A stretch of 64,000 nucleotides of DNA from a bacterium (GTDB lineage: Bacteria; Patescibacteriota; Dojkabacteria; SC72): NCBI GenBank assembly GCA_021463465.1, contig JAJTYH010000003.1, positions 3,043 through 67,042 on the forward strand, read 5' to 3'. The notes beneath the pieces are model-generated. The model had not been told where the DNA came from. It saw only the letters and a list, made by a program, of their open reading frames with translations, and did no database searches. This document shows positions 42,124-52,040 of this stretch, one piece after another. The position numbers were made by a program, and so were the translations under genes. The number at the start of each line of letters is the position of its first letter. Within the stretch, counting starts at the first letter, position 1.

Positions 42124-43920
42124 TTACTTCTTCAAAACGTCTATGAATACATAGTTGTTTTGAGGTATGGAGAGATACCCAGGGGCTCTCATGTTAAAGA
42201 CCTGTTTGAAATCTGCACCGCTTAACTCGACCGCACCTCTATTAGTAACAAAACTCACTTTTGTAGTAGCTCCAGCACCATTTTGGGTAACCACAGGATT
42301 ACCATTAATAGATGTCACTGGGCTACTAAGCAAAGACTTCATCTCGTCCATTGAATACGGGTTACCCGAGAGACCGCTTATTTTGCACTGCGGAAGGGTC
42401 ACAGGAATTATACGGCTTGTATTTACATAACCTGTTACCCCACTACCTTTAAGTACTAAATAAGTGTTTAAAAGATCGGCCATCTCAGCCTGTGAAAGCC
42501 ATGGATTAGGCTGCGCAGAACAGGCTGCAGAACTGTCTGAATATGTTTGACGATACCATGCTCGATAAAACCAAGGGCTATTCGCTTTGCTCTCCCAAGC
42601 ATTAGTAGTCCAACCATTCCCTCCACCTTGTCCATCAGTAGTATCCCATCCGCTGGTCGTGAGGTAACCACCAGAGGTGGCGGAATAGTAAGTAACAACT
42701 CCACTGATTATTTTTCCATTAGTCTCATCCACTGCCTGCTTCCACCTAGAAGGAGGATTGGCCGACTTAGAAGGGTTCCATACCTGGCAACTCTGAGTTA
42801 TGCAGATTGTAGTGCCGTTGTAATAATAGTTGTAAGCATAAGTTCGAGCGGCAACCGCCTGAGCCTTTAAAGCTTCAAGGTCCCAACTGGACGGCATTTC
42901 AGCAATGCCATATAGATAATCAGTCTCAAAATCCATAGAGCCATATCCTTGCACTTTGATATCACCTGAAGTACCTCTAGTTACTGGACTTTTACTGTAG
43001 TACGCCTTCAATATTGTTTTGTAATCCTGGTTTCCAACAACGGCCCTAGCTTGTGCACCGTACTGACTCATACCTAAACGGTGTGTGTAAGCACCGAAAG
43101 AAAAGACAGCAAAGCTGCCTGTTGGAGCACTCTGTTGAAACCCAGCTAGAGTGGCTGCGGAATCGCCAGAAGTTGGCACAGTTCCTACACTCGTTGTGGC
43201 ACCACTTTTAGCGACAAGGATTGCTACCTGTAAATCTGAAATCTCATCTTTGAGTAAGGTAATCTGTTTTTTCAAACTAACACTCTGCGAATTTTTGGCA
43301 TAAATCTGATTCTCGTAGCTGTTCTTCTGAGCTATCAAATCCAATTTGAGCTTCTCTGTATCCTCTCTCTGGCCATCTAAAGCTTTCTTGTCTTCTGCAA
43401 GTGAAAGCTTTTCACTATTTATTTGCGCAAACTCCTCTCGCTTGCTTCTGAAATTAGCAATATGCTGAGAAAGTAGATACTGTTTATAAAAAAGATTCTG
43501 CGCAAAACCTGCAGAGGAACTGTTCAAAAAGAAGTAATCGAGGATACCTACGCGTGTTACTTTATATAGATCATAAGAGACTTGCCCCAATTGTTCTTTC
43601 TGCTTTTCCAGTAGTTGTTCTTGAGATTTAAGCTGTGCACTTTTGTTCCTAAGCAACTTCAAAGTGTCATTAAGGTAACCTTCCACTTTGAGAATCTCTT
43701 TCTCAATTAGTACGATCTTCTCATCCACACTGGCAGAACTCGCATTGATAGCTTCAATCTCTTTTTTGATTTTTTCCAGATCCTTTTGCTTACTTTCTAC
43801 CTGCCCACTCTTATTATCTAACTCATCCTCCAAGTCACCTAATGACTGGGAGTATACTGGAGAGAAAATCACAGAAAAAAGAAGAGTCAACAAAAGGATT
43901 ATGTTTAGGGCATTCTTCAT
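42124..43920 (-). CDS. Secreted coiled-coil protein with SpoIID/LytB-type peptidoglycan hydrolase domain
   Basis: 598 aa with a signal peptide and ~230 aa of coiled coil. The motif YTHRLGMSQYGAQARA resembles the SpoIID motif GHGVGMSQWGA. Confidence 0.6.
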   Translation of the reverse strand: MKNALNIILLLTLLFSVIFSPVYSQSLGDLEDELDNKSGQVESKQKDLEKIKKEIEAINASSASVDEKIVLIEKEILKVEGYLNDTLKLLRNKSAQLKSQEQLLEKQKEQLGQVSYDLYKVTRVGILDYFFLNSSSAGFAQNLFYKQYLLSQHIANFRSKREEFAQINSEKLSLAEDKKALDGQREDTEKLKLDLIAQKNSYENQIYAKNSQSVSLKKQITLLKDEISDLQVAILVAKSGATTSVGTVPTSGDSAATLAGFQQSAPTGSFAVFSFGAYTHRLGMSQYGAQARAVVGNQDYKTILKAYYSKSPVTRGTSGDIKVQGYGSMDFETDYLYGIAEMPSSWDLEALKAQAVAARTYAYNYYYNGTTICITQSCQVWNPSKSANPPSRWKQAVDETNGKIISGVVTYYSATSGGYLTTSGWDTTDGQGGGNGWTTNAWESKANSPWFYRAWYRQTYSDSSAACSAQPNPWLSQAEMADLLNTYLVLKGSGVTGYVNTSRIIPVTLPQCKISGLSGNPYSMDEMKSLLSSPVTSINGNPVVTQNGAGATTKVSFVTNRGAVELSGADFKQVFNMRAPGYLSIPQNNYVFIDVLKK

Positions 43921-43945
43921 AACCTTAATATTATACCTGAAATAT

Positions 43946-44266
43946 TTATCCGCCTAAAAAGTCGAATACGAGTTTGAGAACCCAGCTAAATATGAAAAGG
44001 AATATCAAGCCACCAATAGCCCAAGTCAGAGTACCACGTGCTTGATTAGTCTTAGCTGAATCTCCAGCAGAAATTAGCCAAATGTAACCACCGTACACTA
44101 CCATACCTGTCGCTACCAAACCTCCAATAGGTAGAATCATGTCAAAGAAAGCATCCAGAGAACCTCCAAGTTCTTCAAAGCGTGGAGGTGCAGATTGAGC
44201 ATGAACCAAACCCACAGTAAATAAGAAAACTATAATTGTAGTCAGCGCGTTTAGAACTTTCTTCAT
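43946..44266 (-). CDS. T4SS pilin-like small membrane protein (paralog 1)
   Basis: 106 aa with a signal peptide and two hydrophobic helices. The shared motif is VYGGYIWLISAGDSAKTNQARGTLTWAIGGLIF. Confidence 0.6.
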   Translation of the reverse strand: MKKVLNALTTIIVFLFTVGLVHAQSAPPRFEELGGSLDAFFDMILPIGGLVATGMVVYGGYIWLISAGDSAKTNQARGTLTWAIGGLIFLFIFSWVLKLVFDFLGG

Positions 44267-44290
44267 ATATCTATTCTAACATGTAATACA

Positions 44291-44319
44291 AAAAAAGGCA
44301 GGGTTGCCCCTGCCTTTTC
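44291..44319 (-). terminator. Strong bidirectional intrinsic terminator between pilin paralogs
   Basis: A perfect 8-bp GC stem (aggcaggg-ttgc-ccctgcct) is flanked by A7 upstream and T-run downstream. Confidence 0.65.
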
Positions 44320-44335
44320 CAATTTCAAACCGAGC

Positions 44336-44704
44336 TTATGAAACTTTAAGTAAGTTTGTAAGCACGAAGTTGACTATAAGGACTGAAACGAAACAGATTA
44401 CCAAACCAACAACGGCATAGGTAATACCCTTTGTAGCCTTCTCAACTTTACCCTCATCCCCTGCAGCCATAATATATTGGATACCACTGTAAACCAAGAT
44501 ACCAACAGCTACTAAAGCTGAAAGTGCAATCACTAAGTTTAGCGCACTCTTAATGAAACTTATAAGGTCACCACTTCCTGCACTGGAAATACCACCAACA
44601 AACTGTCCAGCACTCTGTGCAAATACAGCCGATGTAAGGTAAAGAGATGACGAAACAGCAGAAGCTGCTGCTGCAATCTTTGTCAAAGCATTTCTAACTT
44701 TCAT
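44336..44704 (-). CDS. T4SS pilin-like small membrane protein (paralog 2, followed by terminator)
   Basis: 122 aa carrying VYSGIQYIMAAGDEGKVEKATKGITYAVVGLVI. It has the same architecture as its neighbours. Confidence 0.6.
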   Translation of the reverse strand: MKVRNALTKIAAAASAVSSSLYLTSAVFAQSAGQFVGGISSAGSGDLISFIKSALNLVIALSALVAVGILVYSGIQYIMAAGDEGKVEKATKGITYAVVGLVICFVSVLIVNFVLTNLLKVS

Positions 44705-44780
44705 GTTTATGAGTATTAAATTAACACTGCTATATCAAACAAGAGTATTATATTACACATATAACGCTCTTTTCAATACC

Positions 44781-45113
44781 TTACCTCAAAACTTGTTCAA
44801 CTACAAATTTGATAATTGTTCCAGCCAAAAATACAATTAGCATACCGATTGTAGCTGCTTTGATTGTATTCTGACCCTCAACTAAGTGATCAGCTTCTCC
44901 TTGTGCTGAAATTATGATTTTATATCCACCGTAAACATATAGTGCAACTGTGACCAATGCTGAGAAAGCAATCGCTGTATTAATAAGGAAAGTAAGCCTT
45001 TCAACCGTGCCATCCAATGTCGTAAAAGCGTCTCCTCCAAAAGGGTTAGAAATACCGTACCAAGTAGCAAAAAGAATTCCTTTAGTTTTAATGTATTCCC
45101 AAAATTTTTTCAT
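44781..45113 (-). CDS. T4SS pilin-like small membrane protein (paralog 3)
   Basis: 110 aa carrying VYGGYKIIISAQGEADHLVEGQNTIKAATIGMLIV. Confidence 0.55.
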   Translation of the reverse strand: MKKFWEYIKTKGILFATWYGISNPFGGDAFTTLDGTVERLTFLINTAIAFSALVTVALYVYGGYKIIISAQGEADHLVEGQNTIKAATIGMLIVFLAGTIIKFVVEQVLR

Positions 45114-45463
45114 GGCTGAATTCCAGGTATATTAAGTGTGTTTTGAATCAAAAGTAGTATCGCAACCGAAAGAGCAATAAGGGCAAATCCTATGATGGCG
45201 TTAGTAGCCACTTCTCTTGCCTCACCAAGCTTTTCAGGATTTCCCTGACTTGTAATCATAACATATCCTGCATAACTCATTAATGCCATTGCAGCCAAAA
45301 CTCCAAGTGGTACCGATAAACTTACCAACGCATTTACCAACCCAGTAAGGTCCTGTTGTTGAGTCACGTTGTTGATTTGACCAGCAACAATTTCCCCGAG
45401 TGCATCGGCATGAACTTTACCAGTCGGAATCAAGCTAATTATCTTATTTATCAAACTCAACAT
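45110..45463 (-). CDS. T4SS pilin-like small membrane protein (paralog 4)
   Basis: 117 aa carrying SYAGYVMITSQGNPEKLGEAREVATNAIIGFALI. It overlaps paralog 3 by 4 nt. Confidence 0.55.
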   Translation of the reverse strand: MLSLINKIISLIPTGKVHADALGEIVAGQINNVTQQQDLTGLVNALVSLSVPLGVLAAMALMSYAGYVMITSQGNPEKLGEAREVATNAIIGFALIALSVAILLLIQNTLNIPGIQP

Positions 45464-45481
45464 ATTCTGCGCTATTATACA

Positions 45482-48445
45482 CTAGATTAATCCATCATCC
45501 CATATTTGATTCTTCTCGCAAAAAAAGCAGTAATGCCCTTCAGGCACAGAGAAGTCCCCTGCCCTAATTTTTGCAACTATTTCGCGGATATGCGCGAGCA
45601 CCTGAGTTCTACGCGTCAAATCAACTGTCACTTCAATCTTTTTACAGTGCTCAACATATACATACGAAGCTTTTTGAACTACAAATCCCATTGTTTCAGC
45701 AACAATATATGCATAAAGCTGAAGCTGCCAGTCTTTCTGAGCCTCTTTAATGTCCTTAACCTTACCTGTCTTGTAATCCATTATCTCCACATACTTTTTC
45801 CCATCTTTCTCCTCCAAAAGATCAATCCGGTCAATTCTCCCACGAATCTTAAAGTCATCTAAGGCATATTCAAAAGACCTCTCAATATACAAAGGTTTTT
45901 CCTTTAATGAGTAAAATTTATCAAAGTATTCAGAAAGCGACTTTTCCCCCTCCTCGTAGCGTTTAAGCTCGTGATCCTTACTATCATACCCAGCGCTAAT
46001 CCAATTCTTTCTATAGTACCGAATTAAGTCTTCCTTTGTTGGTAAAGTTACAAAACCATCCAAACTTTGCCTCGAAGCAGCCAACTGCTCGTAAACGTTC
46101 TTCAGTGTATTGTGAACCGCACTCCCAAAAGATGATGCACTCGAAATTGGCGATGGTAGTTTCAGAATATATTCATACTTATACTGTCGGGGACACATCT
46201 CATACATATGGAGTTGTGTGTAGCTGAATTCGTTAAGAGTTTTAATCCCAAGCTTTACATAGTCAAGTGCAGGCGCAATAGATTTAACCTTTACCTCTTT
46301 CGATTCGACCTCTGGTACTACTTGCTTGATAACCTCTTCATCTAGGCTTTCAAAGATAAAAGGGCTGAGTTTTTTCTTACGCTTACCCTCACCGTAATAC
46401 TGTGCCCCAGTAAGGTAGAGGATTTCCTTAGCCCGAGTATATGCGACATAAGCTAATCTACGTTCCTCCATAGTATGCTCAGCCTTTGGGTTTTCCGGTA
46501 AAATTTCTTTAATCAGTGCGTCCGGAATTGGAATAGTATCTTGACGATTTCGACTCGGAAATCTTTCAGATACCATATTAGCAACGAAAACCACAGGGAA
46601 TTCTAAGCCCTTTGAAGAATGGATTGTAAGAACATTTACTGCATCGTATTCGTCAAACGAGGAGGCATCTACCGTTGGGCTTTCCCCTACTTCTGCACTA
46701 TACTCGAGATAATCCAGATATTCATAGAGGTTAGTACCAGGATTCTTATGCCAAAAGGTATTGAGCATATCAAAGTATTTACGTACATTCTCTACAATAA
46801 AAGTATTCTTACCACTGTCATCCTCAGTATATTTAGCTTTCAAACCACTATGTTCAAAAAAATGGTAAAGGATTTCACCTGCAGATTTCCCCTTAGCCAA
46901 CATTTCCATTGCTCCATCATATATATCTACCAACTGCTTTATTCCCCCAACAGTCGAGATCTTTATATTGCTAGCCTCAATGCTTTCATCGCTCCCAATC
47001 TTCTTTCCTGCAATTCGTTCCAGAACTTCCAAAGTCGTTTGCTTTTCTAACTTAGCCACTCTCAGAATTTCGACGATATCACGGGGTTTAAGCTGCCATT
47101 GAGGCATGCTCAGTATATTAAAAGAGCTCACAGCATCGCCACTGTTCACCAATGATTTCAGAAAGGAGATTAAGATTACCACCTCAGGCCTTTGGTACAA
47201 ACTTCTTGAACCACCTAATTTGTATGGAATACCCCTATGTCTAAGCGTATCAATAATTTCATCAGCATGTTGATTTGCCCTTACCAGAATAGCGAAATCC
47301 TGAAAGCTGTATTCACCCTCTTTGTGAAGCTGCGTAATCTCTTGCGCAATCTTTTCTGCTTCGCTATCAGAGGTATTTTCGTGTAGTAATCTAACGCTTG
47401 CTTCCCCTCCTTTGCCTACCTCGGACTTCAGCTGCTTGTCGATTTTTTCTTTGACTTCTAACCGGTAAGGATTGTTATGCTTTACCAGCTTGTAGGCCAC
47501 ATCTAGAATGGCCTGATTTGACCGATAATTAGTAGTTAAAACAACGCTTTTTGCCTCAGGATAGCTCTTTTTAAATTGGAGGATATTAGAGATTGCAGCA
47601 CCTCGGAACTTGTATATCGCCTGGTCATCATCCCCAACAACGGTGATGTTAGCACTTTTTCTATCCTTTGCTGTAGCAACAGGTTCTTCCTTTCCTAGAG
47701 CCAATAAGTTGACTAATACATTCTGTGTATAGTTGGTATCTTGAAACTCGTCAACCAGAATATACTTAAACTGTTTATGATATTTCTCAAGAATGTTAGG
47801 TTTTGTTCTGAAAAGTCTCAATACAGTAATTATCAGGTCTCCAAAATCCAATTTTGAATTGACAATCTTTACTTCAGAATACATCTTGTAGGTGGCGCTT
47901 AATTCCATTGCCTCTTCTTTAACCTCTTGTTCCTCTTTAGTGGTAGCTTTTAGGTTGTTGGCATAATCAATGTAATCCTGGGGGCTTACATCTTCATCTT
48001 GAAGCCTGGAAAAGTGGGAAAGGATGTCTGAAATGAACCTCGTAGGGTTACCCAGAGGCCTGAACTTCTTCAAAGGGAAAGCAAAAAGGTTTCTGCGGAA
48101 AAGGATATACGCTTCAGACTGAGTCATCAAACTGTAGCTGCTGTCTAAACCAATATATATACCTTCTTGTTTGAGAATTTTGTCAGCAAATGAATGAAAG
48201 GTAGAAATCCAAGGCTGCTCATAGCCTAAAGGCATCATTACATCTACTCTTTCTTCCATCTCATTAGCAGCCTTTTCAGTGAAGGTGAGCGCCAAGACCT
48301 CAGAGGGTTGCGCCCATTTCTCATTTAAAATATGCCCTATTCGCTCAGTGATTACTTTAGTCTTACCGGTACCTGCACCAGCAATAATAAGGAGCGGACC
48401 AGATTTATGTTTAACAGCTTTAAGTTGATTAGGATTTAAATCCAT
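45482..48445 (-). CDS. UvrD/PcrA-family DNA helicase with C-terminal PD-(D/E)xK-type nuclease domain (AddA-like)
   Basis: 987 aa with Walker A AGAGTGKT and helicase motifs through ~650 aa. The C-terminal domain has a Cys cluster (HYCFFCEK). Confidence 0.8.
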   Translation of the reverse strand: MDLNPNQLKAVKHKSGPLLIIAGAGTGKTKVITERIGHILNEKWAQPSEVLALTFTEKAANEMEERVDVMMPLGYEQPWISTFHSFADKILKQEGIYIGLDSSYSLMTQSEAYILFRRNLFAFPLKKFRPLGNPTRFISDILSHFSRLQDEDVSPQDYIDYANNLKATTKEEQEVKEEAMELSATYKMYSEVKIVNSKLDFGDLIITVLRLFRTKPNILEKYHKQFKYILVDEFQDTNYTQNVLVNLLALGKEEPVATAKDRKSANITVVGDDDQAIYKFRGAAISNILQFKKSYPEAKSVVLTTNYRSNQAILDVAYKLVKHNNPYRLEVKEKIDKQLKSEVGKGGEASVRLLHENTSDSEAEKIAQEITQLHKEGEYSFQDFAILVRANQHADEIIDTLRHRGIPYKLGGSRSLYQRPEVVILISFLKSLVNSGDAVSSFNILSMPQWQLKPRDIVEILRVAKLEKQTTLEVLERIAGKKIGSDESIEASNIKISTVGGIKQLVDIYDGAMEMLAKGKSAGEILYHFFEHSGLKAKYTEDDSGKNTFIVENVRKYFDMLNTFWHKNPGTNLYEYLDYLEYSAEVGESPTVDASSFDEYDAVNVLTIHSSKGLEFPVVFVANMVSERFPSRNRQDTIPIPDALIKEILPENPKAEHTMEERRLAYVAYTRAKEILYLTGAQYYGEGKRKKKLSPFIFESLDEEVIKQVVPEVESKEVKVKSIAPALDYVKLGIKTLNEFSYTQLHMYEMCPRQYKYEYILKLPSPISSASSFGSAVHNTLKNVYEQLAASRQSLDGFVTLPTKEDLIRYYRKNWISAGYDSKDHELKRYEEGEKSLSEYFDKFYSLKEKPLYIERSFEYALDDFKIRGRIDRIDLLEEKDGKKYVEIMDYKTGKVKDIKEAQKDWQLQLYAYIVAETMGFVVQKASYVYVEHCKKIEVTVDLTRRTQVLAHIREIVAKIRAGDFSVPEGHYCFFCEKNQIWDDGLI

Positions 48446-49374
48446 TATTTTGCTATCGATTTAAGTACTTCACACTCTTTTCCAAATGTCTCGGGTTTCT
48501 TCAAGTTCGGAGTTTCAAGAATGAAAGGGATATCCTTCAATTTAGGATGATTAACAATATTTGTAATAGCTTCTAAACCAATCTGGCCTTCGCCTAAGTT
48601 GGCATGTCGATCTTTATGGCTATTAAAAGGTACCATCGAATCATTTAAATGGAAACATTTAATATTCTCCAAACCTAAAATTGACTCTATTTTCTTAATA
48701 ATTCCCTCCAAATCATTTACCCAATCGTAACCACTCACGAACATATGCTCAGTATCAAGCACGTAACCAATCCGTTCTTTCTTTTGCACCCCATCACGCA
48801 TACTGGCCAGTTCTTCCAATGTATCGCCCATAACCGCTCCAGATCCCGCAGAACTTTCAAGCAGAATTGGACATTCTCCCTGGGTGTTATCAATAACCCA
48901 ATCTAATCCATAACTAATGCGTTTTATCCCTTCTTCAGGGGTTAAATCCTTTGCTGAACCAGGGTGAAAGGTAACTCCTATCACTTCAAGGTCAGAACCT
49001 AGCTCTTTGGCATATTTCATGAGATTTGCGCCATAGTTAACGTAAGTTGCTACTGAAAGCTTGCTTAAATGGAACATCTGGCTATCCTGTCTTGCAAGAT
49101 TAATCAGATACACTCCGTGCATCAATACCTTCTTAACACTGCTATTCTTTTGCAGCTCTACAAAAAGCTTAGCGTTCTCCTCAGGAAGTTCTTTAGCACT
49201 CCATCGCATAGGAGCAGAAGGCATAATCTGAACAGTGTTAATACCGTATGTATCAGCCATCTTCATAGTATTAGCTGGACCACCTGCAGAAGTAACGTGA
49301 GCACCTATATATCGCATAAGGCTAAATATAAATTTAGTTACTTTCTTTTTCAAACACTCTATGAATTGTATCAC
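48445..49374 (-). CDS. nfo: Endonuclease IV (AP endonuclease, TIM-barrel)
   Basis: 309 aa with xylose-isomerase-like TIM motifs (HGVYLINLA...HLNDS). There is a 1-nt overlap (ATGA) with the helicase gene. Confidence 0.8.
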   Translation of the reverse strand: MIQFIECLKKKVTKFIFSLMRYIGAHVTSAGGPANTMKMADTYGINTVQIMPSAPMRWSAKELPEENAKLFVELQKNSSVKKVLMHGVYLINLARQDSQMFHLSKLSVATYVNYGANLMKYAKELGSDLEVIGVTFHPGSAKDLTPEEGIKRISYGLDWVIDNTQGECPILLESSAGSGAVMGDTLEELASMRDGVQKKERIGYVLDTEHMFVSGYDWVNDLEGIIKKIESILGLENIKCFHLNDSMVPFNSHKDRHANLGEGQIGLEAITNIVNHPKLKDIPFILETPNLKKPETFGKECEVLKSIAK

Positions 49375-49389
49375 AGGAAAGTAAAAAGA

Positions 49390-49418
49390 TTGATTAGGAA
49401 GGACATTAAATATATAAT
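49390..49418 (+). promoter_or_regulatory. Promoter for tRNA-Ser (TTGATT-17-TATAAT)
   Basis: The -35 is at 49390-49395 and the -10 at 49413-49418. The tRNA starts 17 nt downstream. Confidence 0.45.
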
Positions 49419-49434
49419 TTGCAAGATTTTACGG

Positions 49435-49522
49435 GGAGAGGTGGCTGAGTGGCCGAAAGCGCCTCACTGCTAACGAGGTGTACCTAACGGTACCACGGGT
49501 TCGAATCCCGTCCTCTCCGCCA
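49435..49522 (+). tRNA. tRNA-Ser (anticodon GCT), long variable arm, CCA encoded
   Basis: Acceptor ggagagg/cctctcc, anticodon loop ctGCTaa, variable arm tgtacc-taac-ggtaca, T-arm, and 3' CCA. Confidence 0.85.
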
Positions 49523-49558
49523 TATATTCACGGTAGCGACAAGACCCACCCACCTTCC
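49507..49558 (+). repeat. Direct repeat copy a (tRNA-Ser 3' end plus 36-bp flank; attL-like)
   Basis: The sequence CCCGTCCTCTCCGCCATATATTCACGGTAGCGACAAGACCCACCCACCTTC is shared with copies b, c and d. Confidence 0.7.
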
Positions 49559-49687
49559 TAAGGAAGGCTCACTGGGATTGAGTTATTTCCACCCTTAAAC
49601 CATTGATTTCAAAATAATGGCCTTTGAGTTAAAATGTACCATTCTCAGAGGAGTTTTAGTGTATTCTGGTTTAGTATAAAAATATCA

Positions 49688-50074
49688 TTACGGTTTAAAG
49701 TATGCCTTTGCAATCATTTCCCTATAGGGAAATGATATTTTCATTATCTTAATCTCCTCCTCACTATACCATGAGTACTTATCTGGTAAACTCTTTGTTG
49801 GCTTAAATTTATAAAGCGGTGTGCATGCGTAAACAATAGATATTTGATTGATTTCATCAAAGTTATACGCAGCAATAACACCTAACATTTCTATCGTTAA
49901 TCCAGTGTAATTAAGTAAAAATCTTTTGTAGGCATCTTCAATTCTCTCTCTATCATTTATAGTCGAAAATGGCAGCATAAATTCGTCATTGAGCTTTTCT
50001 AATAAAATTTTATTCTCACTATTAAATAAAACTGCAATTACCTTAATTTCTTTTTTCATAATTAGATTATACAA
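49688..50074 (-). CDS. Degenerate NUDIX-fold protein (Nudix box not conserved)
   Basis: 128 aa. KVIAVLFNSENKILLEKLN...RERIEDAYKRFLLNYTGL resembles the NUDIX beta-strand and box, but lacks the REx2EE residues. Confidence 0.45.
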   Translation of the reverse strand: MYNLIMKKEIKVIAVLFNSENKILLEKLNDEFMLPFSTINDRERIEDAYKRFLLNYTGLTIEMLGVIAAYNFDEINQISIVYACTPLYKFKPTKSLPDKYSWYSEEEIKIMKISFPYREMIAKAYFKP

Positions 50075-50081
50075 CTTTTAG

Positions 50082-50139
50082 TTCCAGACCCGTATGTTCC
50101 GCCATATTTTCACGGTAGCGACAAGACCCACCCACCTTC
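50082..50139 (+). repeat. Direct repeat copy b (degenerate tRNA-Ser 3' half plus flank; att-like)
   Basis: TTCCAGACCCGTATGTTCCGCCATATTTTCACGGTAGCGACAAGACCCACCCACCTTC is about 95% identical to copy a across 42 bp. Its tRNA-like part is diverged. Confidence 0.7.
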
Positions 50140-50352
50140 TTTCAAAATCCTTCCACACTTTAAATTATATACTGGTGGAGGAAAACATCTCGAATTTCGA
50201 GTTAAATTAGTATAACTCAGTTAGAAGGAGTTACCTTTTTTTTCTTGGGCAAGTGTGATCTTCAAATCCGGTTCCTTTTCTATTCCTATCCCAAAGATTT
50301 TGTTGATAAATTAGCGAAAACATATGTACACCACCATATGATAAAATTAATA

Positions 50353-51030
50353 ATGGAAAAGATTGGGATTATAGGGATAACATCAGAAGGAGCTTCTTTA
50401 TGCTATAAAACTATTATCGCTGAATCCACAAAAACGCTAGGTGGATTTAATAATGTAGAAGTCGTACTAGTCCAGCCAAATTTTAATAATATTTTAGAAG
50501 CTCAAAAGACAAAGGATTGGAATAAAGTAGCTACGATTATTATCGATTCTGGTAAACAACTTGAAAAATTAGGAGTAACTAAAATTGTAATTCCAGCAAA
50601 TTCAATCCATTTTGCAATTAAGAAAATCCAAGCGGGACTGGATATTCCTGTGATTAACATATTAGATGTTGTAAAGGATGTTTGTATAAAGGAGAATTAT
50701 AAAAAAGCTTTGATTCTAGGAGTTGGAATTACGATGAGCGATAATCTTTACAAAGCTGTTCTAGAAAGTAATCATGTAACTTACACCCTTCCAAACGAAG
50801 ATGATTGTAATGCTCTAGATAGAATAATTTACGAAGAACTCGTTAAAGGAATTGTAAGCCCAGAATCGACAAGAAAAATCCTGAATATAATACAAAAAGG
50901 CAAGGATAACTTATGTGACGTTGCTATACTTGCTTGTACTGAACTTCCGATGGCTATAAAGAGCACTAATTCTCCTGTACCAACAATTGATACAACGAGA
51001 GAACTTGCATTAGCTTCTTTGCTAAACTAA
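50353..51030 (+). CDS. Asp/Glu/hydantoin racemase-family protein (ORF open from 50245; start taken at MEKIGIIG)
   Basis: Racemase signatures IGIIG...ATxxFY-like at the N-terminus and ...ILACTELP... for the second catalytic Cys region. Confidence 0.65.
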   Translation: MEKIGIIGITSEGASLCYKTIIAESTKTLGGFNNVEVVLVQPNFNNILEAQKTKDWNKVATIIIDSGKQLEKLGVTKIVIPANSIHFAIKKIQAGLDIPVINILDVVKDVCIKENYKKALILGVGITMSDNLYKAVLESNHVTYTLPNEDDCNALDRIIYEELVKGIVSPESTRKILNIIQKGKDNLCDVAILACTELPMAIKSTNSPVPTIDTTRELALASLLN

Positions 51031-52040
51031 TTCTTTACGAGGATTTTAAGTTCGTTTAATAAATTATCCTCAACTTCTATTTCACCAGTGGACAATACTT
51101 TTGCCATAGCATCATCACCTTTTTCGCCTGGGAGCTGAACTTTCTTAACTCCTCCAAGTGTTTTTGCATTATGTATTCTTTCAACAACCATATCCATATC
51201 TTTTTTGAATTCATTTATATCTACAAATGCTGAGGGATCAATTGCAATTACAACATTTCCCCAACCAAGTTCAGATTTAATACCGGTAACAGCGGATCTG
51301 ATAACTGGGCCTGTGAGAAGTTCAACAACAAGGTTTAATCCATATCCCTTATAATTTTTATCAAATGGTCGAATAGCTCCTTCCATTGCTTTTGCAGGAT
51401 CTGTTGTTAAATTTCCTTCTCCATCATACGCAACATCACCTGGAATACTCTGTCCAGCAGTTTTTGCTTGTACTAGACCAAACCATGCCATAGCACTTGT
51501 AGCCATATCAAAGACAACAGGTGCTTTTGTTGTTGGAAAACCATAAGCCATAGGATTTGTTCCAAACTTTGGTTCGTATGATCCAAACGGTGCAACAGTT
51601 TCCGGAGACCCAGAATATATCATTCCTACCATATCAGCTTTTGCAATTTCTCTTGCAAAGTATCCAATAGCACCTGTTGAACTAAATGTATTTGTTAAAC
51701 CTACAATTGAAATCCCAAACTCCTTTGCTCGTTCTATTGCCATTTTAATGGCCTTCTTCATTGGCACCATTCCAAAATTCTTTCCTCCATCTAATAATAC
51801 TGAGGCTTTTCTTTCTTTTAAAACTTTAATCTCAGTCGCTTCGGGACTCTTCGGAATTCCTTTCCCAATTAGTTTAACTATTCCTTGGTTATTTCCTCTC
51901 ATCTGTGCATATAGCAGAACTTCACCAATCACATTTGACTCTTCTTCTGTATACCCATATTTTAATAGTGCTTTATGCACGATTTCCTTTAATTCTGATA
52001 ACTGAATTTTCATATTTATTTTTGTTAATTTATCGACCAT
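51027..52040 (-). CDS. Ldh_2-family (malate/L-lactate/sulfolactate) dehydrogenase
   Basis: 337 aa. Length and motifs (e.g. ...HKALLKYGYTEEES..., GSPETVAPFGS, HKG-like region) are consistent with the Ldh_2 family. Confidence 0.6.
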   Translation of the reverse strand: MVDKLTKINMKIQLSELKEIVHKALLKYGYTEEESNVIGEVLLYAQMRGNNQGIVKLIGKGIPKSPEATEIKVLKERKASVLLDGGKNFGMVPMKKAIKMAIERAKEFGISIVGLTNTFSSTGAIGYFAREIAKADMVGMIYSGSPETVAPFGSYEPKFGTNPMAYGFPTTKAPVVFDMATSAMAWFGLVQAKTAGQSIPGDVAYDGEGNLTTDPAKAMEGAIRPFDKNYKGYGLNLVVELLTGPVIRSAVTGIKSELGWGNVVIAIDPSAFVDINEFKKDMDMVVERIHNAKTLGGVKKVQLPGEKGDDAMAKVLSTGEIEVEDNLLNELKILVKN

